Below, in pieces: positions 1 to 9,649 of a DNA stretch of 64,000 bases (positions within the stretch are counted from its first letter, which is position 1; every line of letters starts with the position of its first letter). Location of the stretch: positions 62,001-126,000 of the IMG/VR virus record IMGVR_UViG_3300030107_006644; one strand, written 5' to 3'. Position numbers and translations under genes: made by a program. Below the pieces are notes generated by a model. That model had not been told where the DNA came from. It saw nothing but the letters and a program-made list of their open reading frames with translations, and did no database searches.

Positions 1-2
1 GA

Positions 3-2210
3 GGAAGTGTTGATTCGTTAACAAACACGATTATTAAGGAAAATCTTAGAGACACCGCTGTGCAAGAAAGGCTTATGCGCGAGTATCTTAAGGATTACGA
101 GATTGATGATACTATGATGGAGCGAGTGTTGACGCTGAACTCAAAGTACAACCAGATGGCCGAGCAAGAAGAGGAAGTTAGCAGAAATATCAACTGGAAG
201 CTAAATTCGGTAAAGTTTGATAATCTGTTTAATTATGGCGAAGGCAATTCTATTGACTTTACAAACCTTGCTGGCGTAGTTGGTATTTTTGGGAAGAATT
301 ATAGCGGTAAAAGCAGTATTATCGACTCTATTTTATACACTATGTTCAACTCAACGTCAAAGAATGAGAGAAAGAACTTAAACGTTATCAATCAAAACAA
401 GGAGTTTTGTGCCGGCACTGTTGATATTTCGATTGGCGAGCGTTCTTACGAAATTAGCAGAACTTCAGAAAAGTACGTCAAAAGGCTGAAGGGCGAAGAG
501 ACCTTGGAGGCAAAAACCGACCTAAACTTTGAACAAAGAGATGCGGTCACCAACACCACACGCAGTTTGAATGGTCTTACGAGAATAGAAACAGACAAGC
601 AAATACGAAAGATGTTTGGAACACTTGACGATTTCTTGCTGACCTCTATGGCTAGCCAACTTGACTCGCTAACCTTCATCAATGAGGGCTCAACGAGGCG
701 AAAAGAGATTTTGGCCAAGTTCTTAGATTTGGAGATATTCGAAAAGAAATACAGGCTAGCCAAGGAGGATGCTAGTGACCTTCGCGGAGCACTCAAAAGG
801 CTCGAAAATAGAGAATTTGAGCAAGATATCGCTGCAGCAGCGCTTGAGTTGTGTGAGAGCGAAGATAAGATTGAAAAGCACAAGAGTCGGTGTGAAAAGT
901 ATCAAGTATCGATAGACAAGATAGGCGAAAAGATACAGGATTTAGAGGAGAAAGTGGGCTCTGTGCCGGTTGAACTGATCGATGTGGCGAACACTAGAGC
1001 CGAGATCGAAAAGCTCACAGTACAAGAGCAGTCACTGCAGTCGAAACTTGAGGAAGAGAGTAAGGATTTGAAGATTCGAACGGAACTTTACGAGAAGATT
1101 ATTAACTTTCTGGACACCATGGATATCGAGGAGTTGAGAGAAAAGAAGGAAAAGGTAGAATCACTAAACTCTACAGTGCTTGAGGTTGAATCTATGCTTC
1201 AAAACATAGATCAAAAGGCAAAATTACTCGACGGAATCCCGTGTGGAGATACATATCCCACCTGTAAGTTTATCAGAGATGCCAATGTGGCAGTAGCTAA
1301 CCGCCACCACTCCGTAAAGGAGCTAAAAACAGCCCAAAGCCGACTTGAGGAGCTTGATAGTGTGACTGTTACCGATCACATAGGCAAGTATAACAGCGTA
1401 CTTCAGAGAAAAAACCAAGTTTCTACTGGAATTGCCGAACTTAACCTGTCTATTGAGCGAAATTCTAATACGCTAGAGAAAACTATAGACAAAATACAGG
1501 TTTTAAACGAAAAGGTGGAAGAATACAACAAAAACAAGGACACAATTGACAATTTGGAGGCAATGATGTCGAAATTGTCAAAGATGCGGAACAACGTTGT
1601 GTCCTATAGGGAACAGAAGGCGCAATGTGAGGAGAGTTTGACCTCGCTGTATGTTGAGCACGGCTCTTTAGAGCAAAAATTGCGCAACTTGGAGAGCCAA
1701 AAGCAAGAACTACAAGATTTGCATGAGCAATACTCGTCTTTTGACCTGTATATGCGTTGTATGCATTCTAATGGAATTGCATATGATATCATCAAGAGAA
1801 AACTTCCGATTATTAACGAAGAAATCGCCAAAACTTTGGCAAATATTGTCAACTTTAACGTTTACTTCGAGGATGATGGAAAAAGGCTCAATATCTTTAT
1901 TAAGCACCCCAAACACGATCCGCGACCTATTGGTATGGGCTCTGGTGCCGAGAAAACAATAGCAGCAATGGCTATCAGACTGGCCTTGTTGTCTATATCA
2001 AACTTGCCAAAGGGTGATATCTTCATTTTGGATGAGCCCGGCACTGCTCTTGATGCAGAAAACATGGAAGGGTTTATCAGGATCCTAGACATGATTAAGA
2101 GCTATTACAAAACAGTCTTACTTATATCGCATATGGACGCGCTAAAGGACAATGCAGATATAATAATCAACATAGAGAAGAAAGGAAATTACGCATATGT
2201 CAGACATTAG
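3..2210 (+). CDS. SbcC/Rad50 (T4 gp46-like) SMC-family recombination ATPase, 5'-partial
   Basis: Walker A GKNYSGKSS, long coiled coil with central Cys pair (PCGDTYPTC), signature GSGAE, Walker B IFILDEP, LISH loop. The frame is open back to position 3, so the true start lies outside the window. Confidence 0.92.
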   Translation, partial: GSVDSLTNTIIKENLRDTAVQERLMREYLKDYEIDDTMMERVLTLNSKYNQMAEQEEEVSRNINWKLNSVKFDNLFNYGEGNSIDFTNLAGVVGIFGKNYSGKSSIIDSILYTMFNSTSKNERKNLNVINQNKEFCAGTVDISIGERSYEISRTSEKYVKRLKGEETLEAKTDLNFEQRDAVTNTTRSLNGLTRIETDKQIRKMFGTLDDFLLTSMASQLDSLTFINEGSTRRKEILAKFLDLEIFEKKYRLAKEDASDLRGALKRLENREFEQDIAAAALELCESEDKIEKHKSRCEKYQVSIDKIGEKIQDLEEKVGSVPVELIDVANTRAEIEKLTVQEQSLQSKLEEESKDLKIRTELYEKIINFLDTMDIEELREKKEKVESLNSTVLEVESMLQNIDQKAKLLDGIPCGDTYPTCKFIRDANVAVANRHHSVKELKTAQSRLEELDSVTVTDHIGKYNSVLQRKNQVSTGIAELNLSIERNSNTLEKTIDKIQVLNEKVEEYNKNKDTIDNLEAMMSKLSKMRNNVVSYREQKAQCEESLTSLYVEHGSLEQKLRNLESQKQELQDLHEQYSSFDLYMRCMHSNGIAYDIIKRKLPIINEEIAKTLANIVNFNVYFEDDGKRLNIFIKHPKHDPRPIGMGSGAEKTIAAMAIRLALLSISNLPKGDIFILDEPGTALDAENMEGFIRILDMIKSYYKTVLLISHMDALKDNADIIINIEKKGNYAYVRH

Positions 2211-2445
2211 CATTATGGATTTGCTGGAGATTAAAAAGCATATCGATAACGGCGCCTTTAAAGTCGTCGAAGTGCAGGAAGAAGAAACAGGAGGAGCCAC
2301 AGTCAACGTTGAAGTTACTGAGGATTTCATAAAATGGTTCAAACAGCGCGAAGGATTACAGCGTTGGAGTAACAGGAGGTTCCAGAAATTTTTCGACAAT
2401 AATCTGCAAAAATTCTTGCGTTTAGGGACTCAAACCGAAAAATAA
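2197..2445 (+). CDS. hypothetical protein
   Basis: 82-aa ORF overlapping the upstream stop, AAGGA upstream. Confidence 0.65.
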   Translation: MSDISIMDLLEIKKHIDNGAFKVVEVQEEETGGATVNVEVTEDFIKWFKQREGLQRWSNRRFQKFFDNNLQKFLRLGTQTEK

Positions 2446-2472
2446 ACTAATTATGATTGGGAGGAACAGACT

Positions 2473-2673
2473 ATGAGAAAAGGTACTCTTGATCGTATAT
2501 TAGAAAAAGCAGTTTCACGAAAGCTTTTTACATTTTTAACCGCTACAGGCTTGATGCTTTGGTCCAATCTGGATTCAGAAACATGGGGCATGATAGCGGT
2601 TGTCTATATTGCCGGCCAAAGTGTTGTCGATGTTATGAAAGCATACAGGTTTGGCGATTCTGGGGAAGTATGA
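2473..2673 (+). CDS. small two-TM membrane protein, holin-like
   Basis: GGAGG RBS; basic SRK followed by two hydrophobic helices in 66 aa. Confidence 0.55.
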   Translation: MRKGTLDRILEKAVSRKLFTFLTATGLMLWSNLDSETWGMIAVVYIAGQSVVDVMKAYRFGDSGEV

Positions 2674-3086
2674 TGAGTTGGTTAACATGGGAAGCTACCA
2701 AGCTTTTTGCAAAAAAGGCATGGGTTTGGTGCAAACACCATTGGAAGATTGTTGCTCTTGTTGTATGGACAATTGTTATCTGGTTCGTATCCAGAAAGAA
2801 TAGCCAAGTTGCGCTAAAGGTTCTCGAAACCGCACGCAACAGTTATCAAGAAGAAATTGATGCTGTCAACAAGACGCATGAAGAAGAGATTAGAAAGCGC
2901 GATGAAGCTATTGAGCGGTATAACAATGTGCTCGACTCGATTGAGCAAAATTATGAAGAGAGCAAAGAAAAATTAACATTTGAAAAGCGCGCAAGGATCA
3001 AGGAGCTAATTGATTCGCACGGATCGGATAAATCGGCTCTGAATGATGCCTTAAAGGAGGAGTTTGGATTTGAATATGTTGAGTAA
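2670..3086 (+). CDS. N-terminally anchored coiled-coil membrane protein (i-spanin-like)
   Basis: ATGA overlap with the previous gene; TM segment KIVALVVWTIVIWFV followed by a charged coiled coil. Confidence 0.5.
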   Translation: MMSWLTWEATKLFAKKAWVWCKHHWKIVALVVWTIVIWFVSRKNSQVALKVLETARNSYQEEIDAVNKTHEEEIRKRDEAIERYNNVLDSIEQNYEESKEKLTFEKRARIKELIDSHGSDKSALNDALKEEFGFEYVE

Positions 3087-3525
3087 GCTTTTATCGGCAA
3101 TTATATCAACTAGCTTAGTTTTCACACCAGTTGCGTTAGCAGATGAAGCCCCACAATACACCCATCTGGAGGTGGGGGAGGAAGCGCCCTTCGCAGGCAC
3201 GCTTTTTAATCCAGCGGCTACAGCCCAATTGATTGCTGAAAGTCAATATTCTATGGATTCTTGCGATCTGCAGGTCGAGTTTCAGATTCTACGAACTGAA
3301 GCCAGATTTCAATTGCAATTGGATACACTGCAGGCTAGTTATGATTCGCTTAATGACCGCCATACACTATTAATGGATATAAAAAATCAAGAAATCGACA
3401 CCTATAGGGAGTTGGCGCTAGAGAGGCCCAACAAAAACAACCAGTGGTGGTTGGCCGGCGGTATTATAATCGGTGCAGCATCTTCTATTGGTATTTTTTA
3501 TGCCGCTACGGAGATTTCCCGCTAA
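3076..3525 (+). CDS. exported coiled-coil protein with C-terminal hydrophobic anchor (spanin-like partner?)
   Basis: Signal peptide ending VALA/DE, heptad-rich middle, C-terminal WWLAGGIIIGAASSIGIFYA; alternative TTG start at 3064. Confidence 0.5.
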   Translation: MLSKLLSAIISTSLVFTPVALADEAPQYTHLEVGEEAPFAGTLFNPAATAQLIAESQYSMDSCDLQVEFQILRTEARFQLQLDTLQASYDSLNDRHTLLMDIKNQEIDTYRELALERPNKNNQWWLAGGIIIGAASSIGIFYAATEISR

Positions 3526-3917
3526 TGTCGAAAGATGATCCGAATTACGTTGCTAAACTTGAACGGGCAATTGCCGAAAAGTATGGCGCCGAAACAATTA
3601 GTAATCCGAAAGGTGGCTGGACCGACGAAAAGGAAAAGGAATACTTACAACAACTAAAGAAAATGGCCGCCAAAGAAAGGATAGGTAGAGAAAGTCAGCT
3701 CAAGGTAGAAGTAAATGGTGTTTTGATTCCTAAAAAACTACTTAATAAAGATAGCAAGCGAACTTGCACAATATGTAACGTCTATTCTTTTAGAAGCATG
3801 GATGATGTATATCAAGTTAAGTTTGGGTGTTGCTTCAAGTGCTATGTGCAACACATAGAAGAAAGAGAGGAGAGATGGGAGTCGGGTTGGCGCCCGAAAC
3901 AAGGAACAAATGAGTAA
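3525..3917 (+). CDS. hypothetical protein with Zn-finger
   Basis: TAATG coupling; CxxC (CTIC) and CCFKC motifs. Confidence 0.7.
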   Translation: MSKDDPNYVAKLERAIAEKYGAETISNPKGGWTDEKEKEYLQQLKKMAAKERIGRESQLKVEVNGVLIPKKLLNKDSKRTCTICNVYSFRSMDDVYQVKFGCCFKCYVQHIEEREERWESGWRPKQGTNE

Positions 3918-4413
3918 AAAAAAGAAAAACCTTAAAGAAGAAGAATATCCGCGCTCAAAACATCAAAAGCAGACGGATCCAACTCAACGGATTATTGATC
4001 AAAACGATACTATGATAGAATATCTGGAAAATATGACGAATTCTTTAAATGCCATGGTTTACTACGCAACTAAAAGTCGTGGTGGCAAGGCAGATATAGA
4101 AAAATCCATCGGTTCTTCGTTCGTTAACGAGGGACAACCAACCAACCCAGTGACATCTTCGGTCGATGCTTCCAAACAAGAGAAAGAAGACACTCAGGCG
4201 CTTTACAACATAGAACAGGGAAAGGTGACTGAGGCAACCATGCAGGCCGGAAAAGAGCAGACCTATCCAAGTGTTGACGCGACTGATCAGCGTACTGATT
4301 TTCCGGGTACAGACGATAGAGTGGCAGACCCCAGAAACGAAAGTAAAGTCTCGATAGAAGAATTGAAAGATTTAATCAGAGAGCAACTATTTATAACAAG
4401 GAAGAACAAATAA
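3910..4413 (+). CDS. hypothetical protein
   Basis: AAGGA RBS, 167 aa, acidic/low complexity, C-terminal IEELKDLIREQL helix. Confidence 0.65.
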   Translation: MSKKKKNLKEEEYPRSKHQKQTDPTQRIIDQNDTMIEYLENMTNSLNAMVYYATKSRGGKADIEKSIGSSFVNEGQPTNPVTSSVDASKQEKEDTQALYNIEQGKVTEATMQAGKEQTYPSVDATDQRTDFPGTDDRVADPRNESKVSIEELKDLIREQLFITRKNK

Positions 4414-4976
4414 TGGCCAAATCAAATGTAATAGATATAGTGAGGGGAATTGCGCAAGCCGCTGCAAACTCTTACGATGGCGCTCACGACAAAAGATACT
4501 CTTTTGATGGAGACGAGCGTAAAGTCGGCCTCAAGAGAGAGGAAGGCGATCCGATTATTGACTCAAGGATAATGGATGGATTTAATGTCCGGTTCCAAGG
4601 TCCGTTTCTCTGTATTCATTATCACGGAGACATCAAAGTAAAGGATGTACATGATAAGAATTTTGAGTCAGATATTGAGCAAATGATTTCTGATATAGCC
4701 AAATTCTTAAGAAAAGAATACAAAGCAGTAACTGGCGATAGCCTGACTCTATCAGCAGAAGATGAGATATATATCGATGTGCAGAGCACTTCAAGAGTTA
4801 GAGCGTGGGTACAGGCCTATAGAAAGTATAAAATTGGTGGCATGACCGATGTTGAGGAAACTAGCGTGCCGTCTGAAGATAGACTTGATTCTGCTATTAA
4901 AAAGTTCCTTGCGATAGGAAAGGACAAGTATCCGAACACATCTAAACCAAAAAATGTTAAGAGAAAAGGAGATTAA
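4413..4976 (+). CDS. hypothetical (probable virion/head-associated) protein
   Basis: TAATG coupling, late motif ACTATTTAT at 4386, 187 aa. Confidence 0.65.
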   Translation: MAKSNVIDIVRGIAQAAANSYDGAHDKRYSFDGDERKVGLKREEGDPIIDSRIMDGFNVRFQGPFLCIHYHGDIKVKDVHDKNFESDIEQMISDIAKFLRKEYKAVTGDSLTLSAEDEIYIDVQSTSRVRAWVQAYRKYKIGGMTDVEETSVPSEDRLDSAIKKFLAIGKDKYPNTSKPKNVKRKGD

Positions 4977-4977
4977 T

Positions 4978-5166
4978 ATGATTTTAGAAGAATTACAGCA
5001 AATTATTAGTGACCTTTCCCTAGCGGTTCGCGATGCCGAAAAGTTTGACAAAGGGAATGCTTCAGCAGGCCGTCGAGTTCGCAAATCCGCTATGGAGGCC
5101 AGCAAGCGATTGAAAGAGCTTCGTAGTCAGGTGATGAGAGAACTGCATGAACGAACGAATGGCTGA
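4978..5166 (+). CDS. histone H1-like nucleoid protein (Hc1/HctA family core)
   Basis: AGGAG RBS; DAEKFDKGNASAGRRVRK...LKELR matches the Hc1-family core motif. Confidence 0.8.
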   Translation: MILEELQQIISDLSLAVRDAEKFDKGNASAGRRVRKSAMEASKRLKELRSQVMRELHERTNG

Positions 5167-5175
5167 CGAGGTACG

Positions 5176-6762
5176 ATGTCATATTCCATTTCAAAGCAGC
5201 AAATAATCAAAGAGATAGTTAAGTCAGGTAAAGACCCACAGTACTTTTTGAACAACTATGCCAAGATATCGCACCCTCAAGAGGGTACAATTCCTTTTCG
5301 CACTTACGATTTTCAGTCTGCACTTTTAGATGATTTTAACGATCACCGATTTAATGTTATTCTAAAAGCACGACAGCTTGGAATTTCTACAATTGTTGCT
5401 GGCTACGTGACGTGGCTCATGATGTTCCATCGCGACAAGAACATTCTTGTTGTGGCAACAAAATTTACGACAGCTTCCAACTTGGTAAAAAAGGTTAAAG
5501 CAATTATCAAAAGGCTACCAGAATGGCTACAGATTGCAGATATCACAACAGATAACCGTACTTCTTTTGAGCTATCAAACGGTTCCCAAATTAAAGCTTC
5601 TTCTACGTCCGGGGATGCTGGGCGTTCGGAAGCTCTTTCGCTGTTGGTGGTTGATGAGGCTGCCCACGTTGATGGTTTAGAAGAATTGTGGATGGGTCTT
5701 TATCCCACTCTTTCAACTGGTGGTCGATGCATTGCGCTTTCTACACCAAATGGTGTTGGTAATTGGTTCCACAAGATATTCACAGAGTCGGAGATACAGG
5801 AGAATGATTTTCACCCCACTACGTTAAGATGGGATGTACACCCGGATCGTGACCAAAATTGGTTCGCAAAAGAGACCAAAAATATGTCACGCAGAGAGAT
5901 TGCTCAAGAGCTTGAGTGCAACTTTAACACTTCTGGCGAAACAGTGATCCACCCAGATGACATAGCTTGGATGCAAACTCTAACTAAGGATCCGGAATAC
6001 CGTACAGGGTTTGATAGAAACTTTTGGATTTGGGAAAAACACGATCCGGCATGCTCTTATTTGTTGTCTGCTGATGTTGCTAGGGGCGATGGAGCGGACA
6101 ATTCGTCTTTTCATATAGTCAAGCTGGAAACCATGGAGGTGGTTGCAGAGTACCAAGGGAAGCCAAGTTTGGATATGTATTCCAACATTCTGAATCAAGC
6201 CGGCCGAGAATACGGTAACTGTATGGTCGTTGTTGAAAACGTCGGAGTGGGCATCTCGGTATTGGAAAAATTGATTGATTTGGATTATCCTAATTTATAT
6301 TTCTCCACCAAGGGTGCGCATGAGTTCGTAGAGCAGTATCAAGCCGAATCGATGTCAAACGCAATAGCGGGATTTACGACTTCTTCGAAGACTAGGCCGA
6401 TAATCGTGGCAAAACTAGAGGAATTCATTAGAAATAAACTAATTAAAGTATATTCCCAGAGAGCGATTAAGGAGATTACTACATTTGTTTGGATAAACGG
6501 CAAGCCACAGGCCATGCGAGGATATAACGATGATTTAGTTATGGCTTTAGCAATTGCGTGTTGGGTTAGAGATACTGTTTTACAAACTAGCAAAAGAGAG
6601 GTAGAATATAAAAAAGCGATGCTGAACTCTATGGTGGTGGCTAATACTAAACTTAACACCACTATTAAAGGTATGCATGGCTATCACAAATCGCAAGATT
6701 CGTGGGAAAACAAGGACGAAAGATCCGAAGCACAAGAATTCAAGTGGTTATACAAGGGATAA
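5176..6762 (+). CDS. gp17: terminase large subunit (T4 gp17-like)
   Basis: YDFQ adenine motif, KARQLGIST Walker A, LVVDEAAH Walker B, STPNG, RNase H-like DVARGDG..D and DDLVMALAI. Confidence 0.97.
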   Translation: MSYSISKQQIIKEIVKSGKDPQYFLNNYAKISHPQEGTIPFRTYDFQSALLDDFNDHRFNVILKARQLGISTIVAGYVTWLMMFHRDKNILVVATKFTTASNLVKKVKAIIKRLPEWLQIADITTDNRTSFELSNGSQIKASSTSGDAGRSEALSLLVVDEAAHVDGLEELWMGLYPTLSTGGRCIALSTPNGVGNWFHKIFTESEIQENDFHPTTLRWDVHPDRDQNWFAKETKNMSRREIAQELECNFNTSGETVIHPDDIAWMQTLTKDPEYRTGFDRNFWIWEKHDPACSYLLSADVARGDGADNSSFHIVKLETMEVVAEYQGKPSLDMYSNILNQAGREYGNCMVVVENVGVGISVLEKLIDLDYPNLYFSTKGAHEFVEQYQAESMSNAIAGFTTSSKTRPIIVAKLEEFIRNKLIKVYSQRAIKEITTFVWINGKPQAMRGYNDDLVMALAIACWVRDTVLQTSKREVEYKKAMLNSMVVANTKLNTTIKGMHGYHKSQDSWENKDERSEAQEFKWLYKG

Positions 6763-6768
6763 TAAACA

Positions 6769-8817
6769 ATGGCATCTAGAAATAAGAAGCTAGCACTAAG
6801 AACGCGCCGAAACAACAACCCCAGAAATCAGGAATCTGAACTTTTCAAGAGATTGACTAGATTCTTTTCTGGTCCGGTTGTCAACTACCGCACACAGAAC
6901 ATTCGTCGATATCGTCGTCGCCATCTCGACAAGTTTAATTTTAAGTCAGCCAGCGGCAAACAGTTCAAAAAATCTGATCATAATCCGTTTGCTGCCTTAG
7001 AAGCGGATTTGATGGCGAACCAGAATCGTTCGCAAAGATACACAGACTTTGACCAGATGGAGTATACGCCAGAAATAGCCTCAGCAATGGATATCTATGC
7101 TGATGAGATGACGACATCTAGCGATCTCAAAGCTATGATGGAAATATTGTGCCCAAACGAAGAAATTAAAATTGTCTTACACAATCTTTATTCTAATATT
7201 CTTAACCTAGAGCACAATCTTTTTGGCTGGTGTCGCACAATGTGTAAATATGGCGACTTCTTCTTGTATATTGATATCGATGACGAGGTTGGTGTAAAAG
7301 CGGCAATTGGCTTGCCATCACAAGAGGTTGAGCGCATCGAGGGTGAAGACGAATCTAACCCAAATTACGTACAATTTCAGTGGAACTCGGGTGGAATGAC
7401 TTTCGAGAACTGGCAGGTCGCACATTTTCGTATTTTAGGTAACGATAAGTATTCTCCATACGGCACCTCGATCTTGGAGCCGGCAAGAAGAATCTGGCGA
7501 CAGTTAACAATGCTTGAAGATGCAGTGATGGCATATCGTATTGTTCGCTCCCCAGAACGCCGAGTATTTTACATTGACGTTGGCAATATTCCACCTGAAG
7601 ATGTGGAACAATATATGCAAAAAGTCATGACTCAGATGAAACGCAATCAAGTGATTGACCCTGATACTGGCCGAGTTGATCTGCGGTATAATCCTTTGAG
7701 TATTGAAGAAGATTACTTTATTCCTTTGCGCGGCGGCACCTCTTCTAGGGTGGAAACGCTAGCGGGAGGCACTTATACGGGCGACATTGACGATATTAAA
7801 TACCTAAGAGACAAACTCTTTGCGGCCCTAAAGATTCCGCCCTCTTACTTATCTACAGCAGAAGAGGCAGGAGAGGATAAAACCACCTTAGCGCAGAAAG
7901 ACATCAGATTCGCCAGAACTATTCAGCGACTTCAGAGAGTTGTTGTGTCGGAATTGGAAAAGTTGGGAATTATCCACTTGTATACTTTGGGCTACAGAGG
8001 TGATGATTTAATTTCATTCAGATTGAGGCTGAACAACCCCTCAAAGATTGCAGAACTTCAAGAACTAGAGCACTGGAAGACCAAATTTGATGTGGCTGCT
8101 TCGGCTACTGAAGGCTTCTTTAGTCGTCGCTGGATTGCCGAACACGTATTTAGTATTTCCGATGAAGAGTTCGTCAGAAATCAGAGAGAGATGTTTTACG
8201 ATAAGAAATTCGAAGCAATGCTTGAGGTCGAGGCTGAAGCAATCGTGCAAGCTGGCTCCGTTGAAGCCGAAGCCGGCGCAATGGACATCGCAGAGGAAGA
8301 GGGTCTCATGGGAGGCCCCGGAGGCCCCGAGGAAGGAATGCCGCCCGAGGAGGGAATGCCACCCGAGGAGGGAATGCCCCCAGAAGGCGGACCTGAAGGC
8401 GCCCCACCAGAGGAAGACGGAATGCTTCTCGCCGAACCATCAGCTAAGAGAGAGGATGGTTCTATGTGGCTTAGAGTTGGCAAAGATCCATATGCTCCTC
8501 ACGCAGCAGAAGATCAGGAGGGTGGCCGACGCTATCGAGGACCGCACGGATGGAGCAGCAGATATACTCCCGTTGATGTGGACAATCGCCAACGCGGGGC
8601 CCGCAGGAGATCCTTGGATTCACAAATCAATCCTTTAGGGCGAGCAGATCAAGCTTTTCCCGGATTTCGCGGCCCTCACAGCCTAAGTACAATATCTAGT
8701 GGTATTTATGAGAAGAAGGAAACTATTTATAATGCCGAAGAGCGCCAGTTGTTTGAGGTTAACCAAGAGATTAAGCAACTAATACAAGAATTGGAGACCA
8801 AAGTAGATGAAACTTAA
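6769..8817 (+). CDS. gp20: portal protein (T4 gp20-like) with long low-complexity C-terminal extension
   Basis: PEIASAMDIYADE, MLEDAVMAYRIVRSPERRVFYIDVGN, EEDYFIPLRGG, KLFAALKIP. Confidence 0.96.
   Translation: MASRNKKLALRTRRNNNPRNQESELFKRLTRFFSGPVVNYRTQNIRRYRRRHLDKFNFKSASGKQFKKSDHNPFAALEADLMANQNRSQRYTDFDQMEYTPEIASAMDIYADEMTTSSDLKAMMEILCPNEEIKIVLHNLYSNILNLEHNLFGWCRTMCKYGDFFLYIDIDDEVGVKAAIGLPSQEVERIEGEDESNPNYVQFQWNSGGMTFENWQVAHFRILGNDKYSPYGTSILEPARRIWRQLTMLEDAVMAYRIVRSPERRVFYIDVGNIPPEDVEQYMQKVMTQMKRNQVIDPDTGRVDLRYNPLSIEEDYFIPLRGGTSSRVETLAGGTYTGDIDDIKYLRDKLFAALKIPPSYLSTAEEAGEDKTTLAQKDIRFARTIQRLQRVVVSELEKLGIIHLYTLGYRGDDLISFRLRLNNPSKIAELQELEHWKTKFDVAASATEGFFSRRWIAEHVFSISDEEFVRNQREMFYDKKFEAMLEVEAEAIVQAGSVEAEAGAMDIAEEEGLMGGPGGPEEGMPPEEGMPPEEGMPPEGGPEGAPPEEDGMLLAEPSAKREDGSMWLRVGKDPYAPHAAEDQEGGRRYRGPHGWSSRYTPVDVDNRQRGARRRSLDSQINPLGRADQAFPGFRGPHSLSTISSGIYEKKETIYNAEERQLFEVNQEIKQLIQELETKVDET
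8326..8391 (+). repeat. 18-bp tandem repeat encoding PEEGMP (about 3.5 copies) in the portal tail
   Basis: cccgag(g/a)a(a/g)ggaatgccn repeated. Confidence 0.85.
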
Positions 8818-9649
8818 GCACAACAAGAAGAGAAATACTGCATTCCTATATGAGAGCTTGATTGTGGAGCTTACCAAAGCAATCGTAAGTGGCGCTATTG
8901 TCGACAGAGACCGAATATTAGAAACTATTCGGCACTATTTTAAACCAAGTACGATGTTGTGGGAAGATCTACAGTATTACAAGGCGCTCTCTGAGTCGGA
9001 AGGTCTGGATGTTTATACCGCCGAAAAGCTGATCTTTGAGGTGAAAAAAGATCGCAAAGCAATGGACCACAAACAATTGTTCGTTGAGCAGAGTTCTCTG
9101 ATTAACAGAATCAACAGAAATCTTACAAAATCTGTATATTCTAATTTCGTGCCCGGTTATCGTTCGCTAGCTACAATATCGCAAATTTTCGGAACAGATT
9201 TAACGACTAAACAGAGGGTTTTGCTAGAAAAGGAATTGACCAAGCTTTTAACTTCTCCCTATGAGAAGAAGAGTAATCCCGCGAGAGCAATGATCCCGCT
9301 TGACGACCTTTCTTATGGGGTGTTCGTACAGAAATTTAATAGTGAGTACGATGGAAGCTTGCTTAGCGAGCAAAAGGATTTGTTAAATAACTATATAATG
9401 TCTGTTTCCGACAACGGCAGAATGTTGCGTATATATTTAAATGAAGAGCTGTCTAGATTAAAGGGTGTTCTAACTGAGGCCACATCGCAACCTGACATTA
9501 AACAGGACAGAGGCATGACTGAGGCTACAAATTCGGTCATAGCGATTATTGAGTCTTTCAAAAACGAGCAGACAATAAGCGAGCCTATGATAAAAAGGGT
9601 ACTTAAAATACAAGATTTAGTAAGAGAGATTGAATCCGATGGCGATTAA
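8807..9649 (+). CDS. hypothetical head-cluster protein
   Basis: 280-aa helical ORF overlapping the portal stop; starts KLKHNKKRNTAFLYE. Confidence 0.75.
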   Translation: MKLKHNKKRNTAFLYESLIVELTKAIVSGAIVDRDRILETIRHYFKPSTMLWEDLQYYKALSESEGLDVYTAEKLIFEVKKDRKAMDHKQLFVEQSSLINRINRNLTKSVYSNFVPGYRSLATISQIFGTDLTTKQRVLLEKELTKLLTSPYEKKSNPARAMIPLDDLSYGVFVQKFNSEYDGSLLSEQKDLLNNYIMSVSDNGRMLRIYLNEELSRLKGVLTEATSQPDIKQDRGMTEATNSVIAIIESFKNEQTISEPMIKRVLKIQDLVREIESDGD

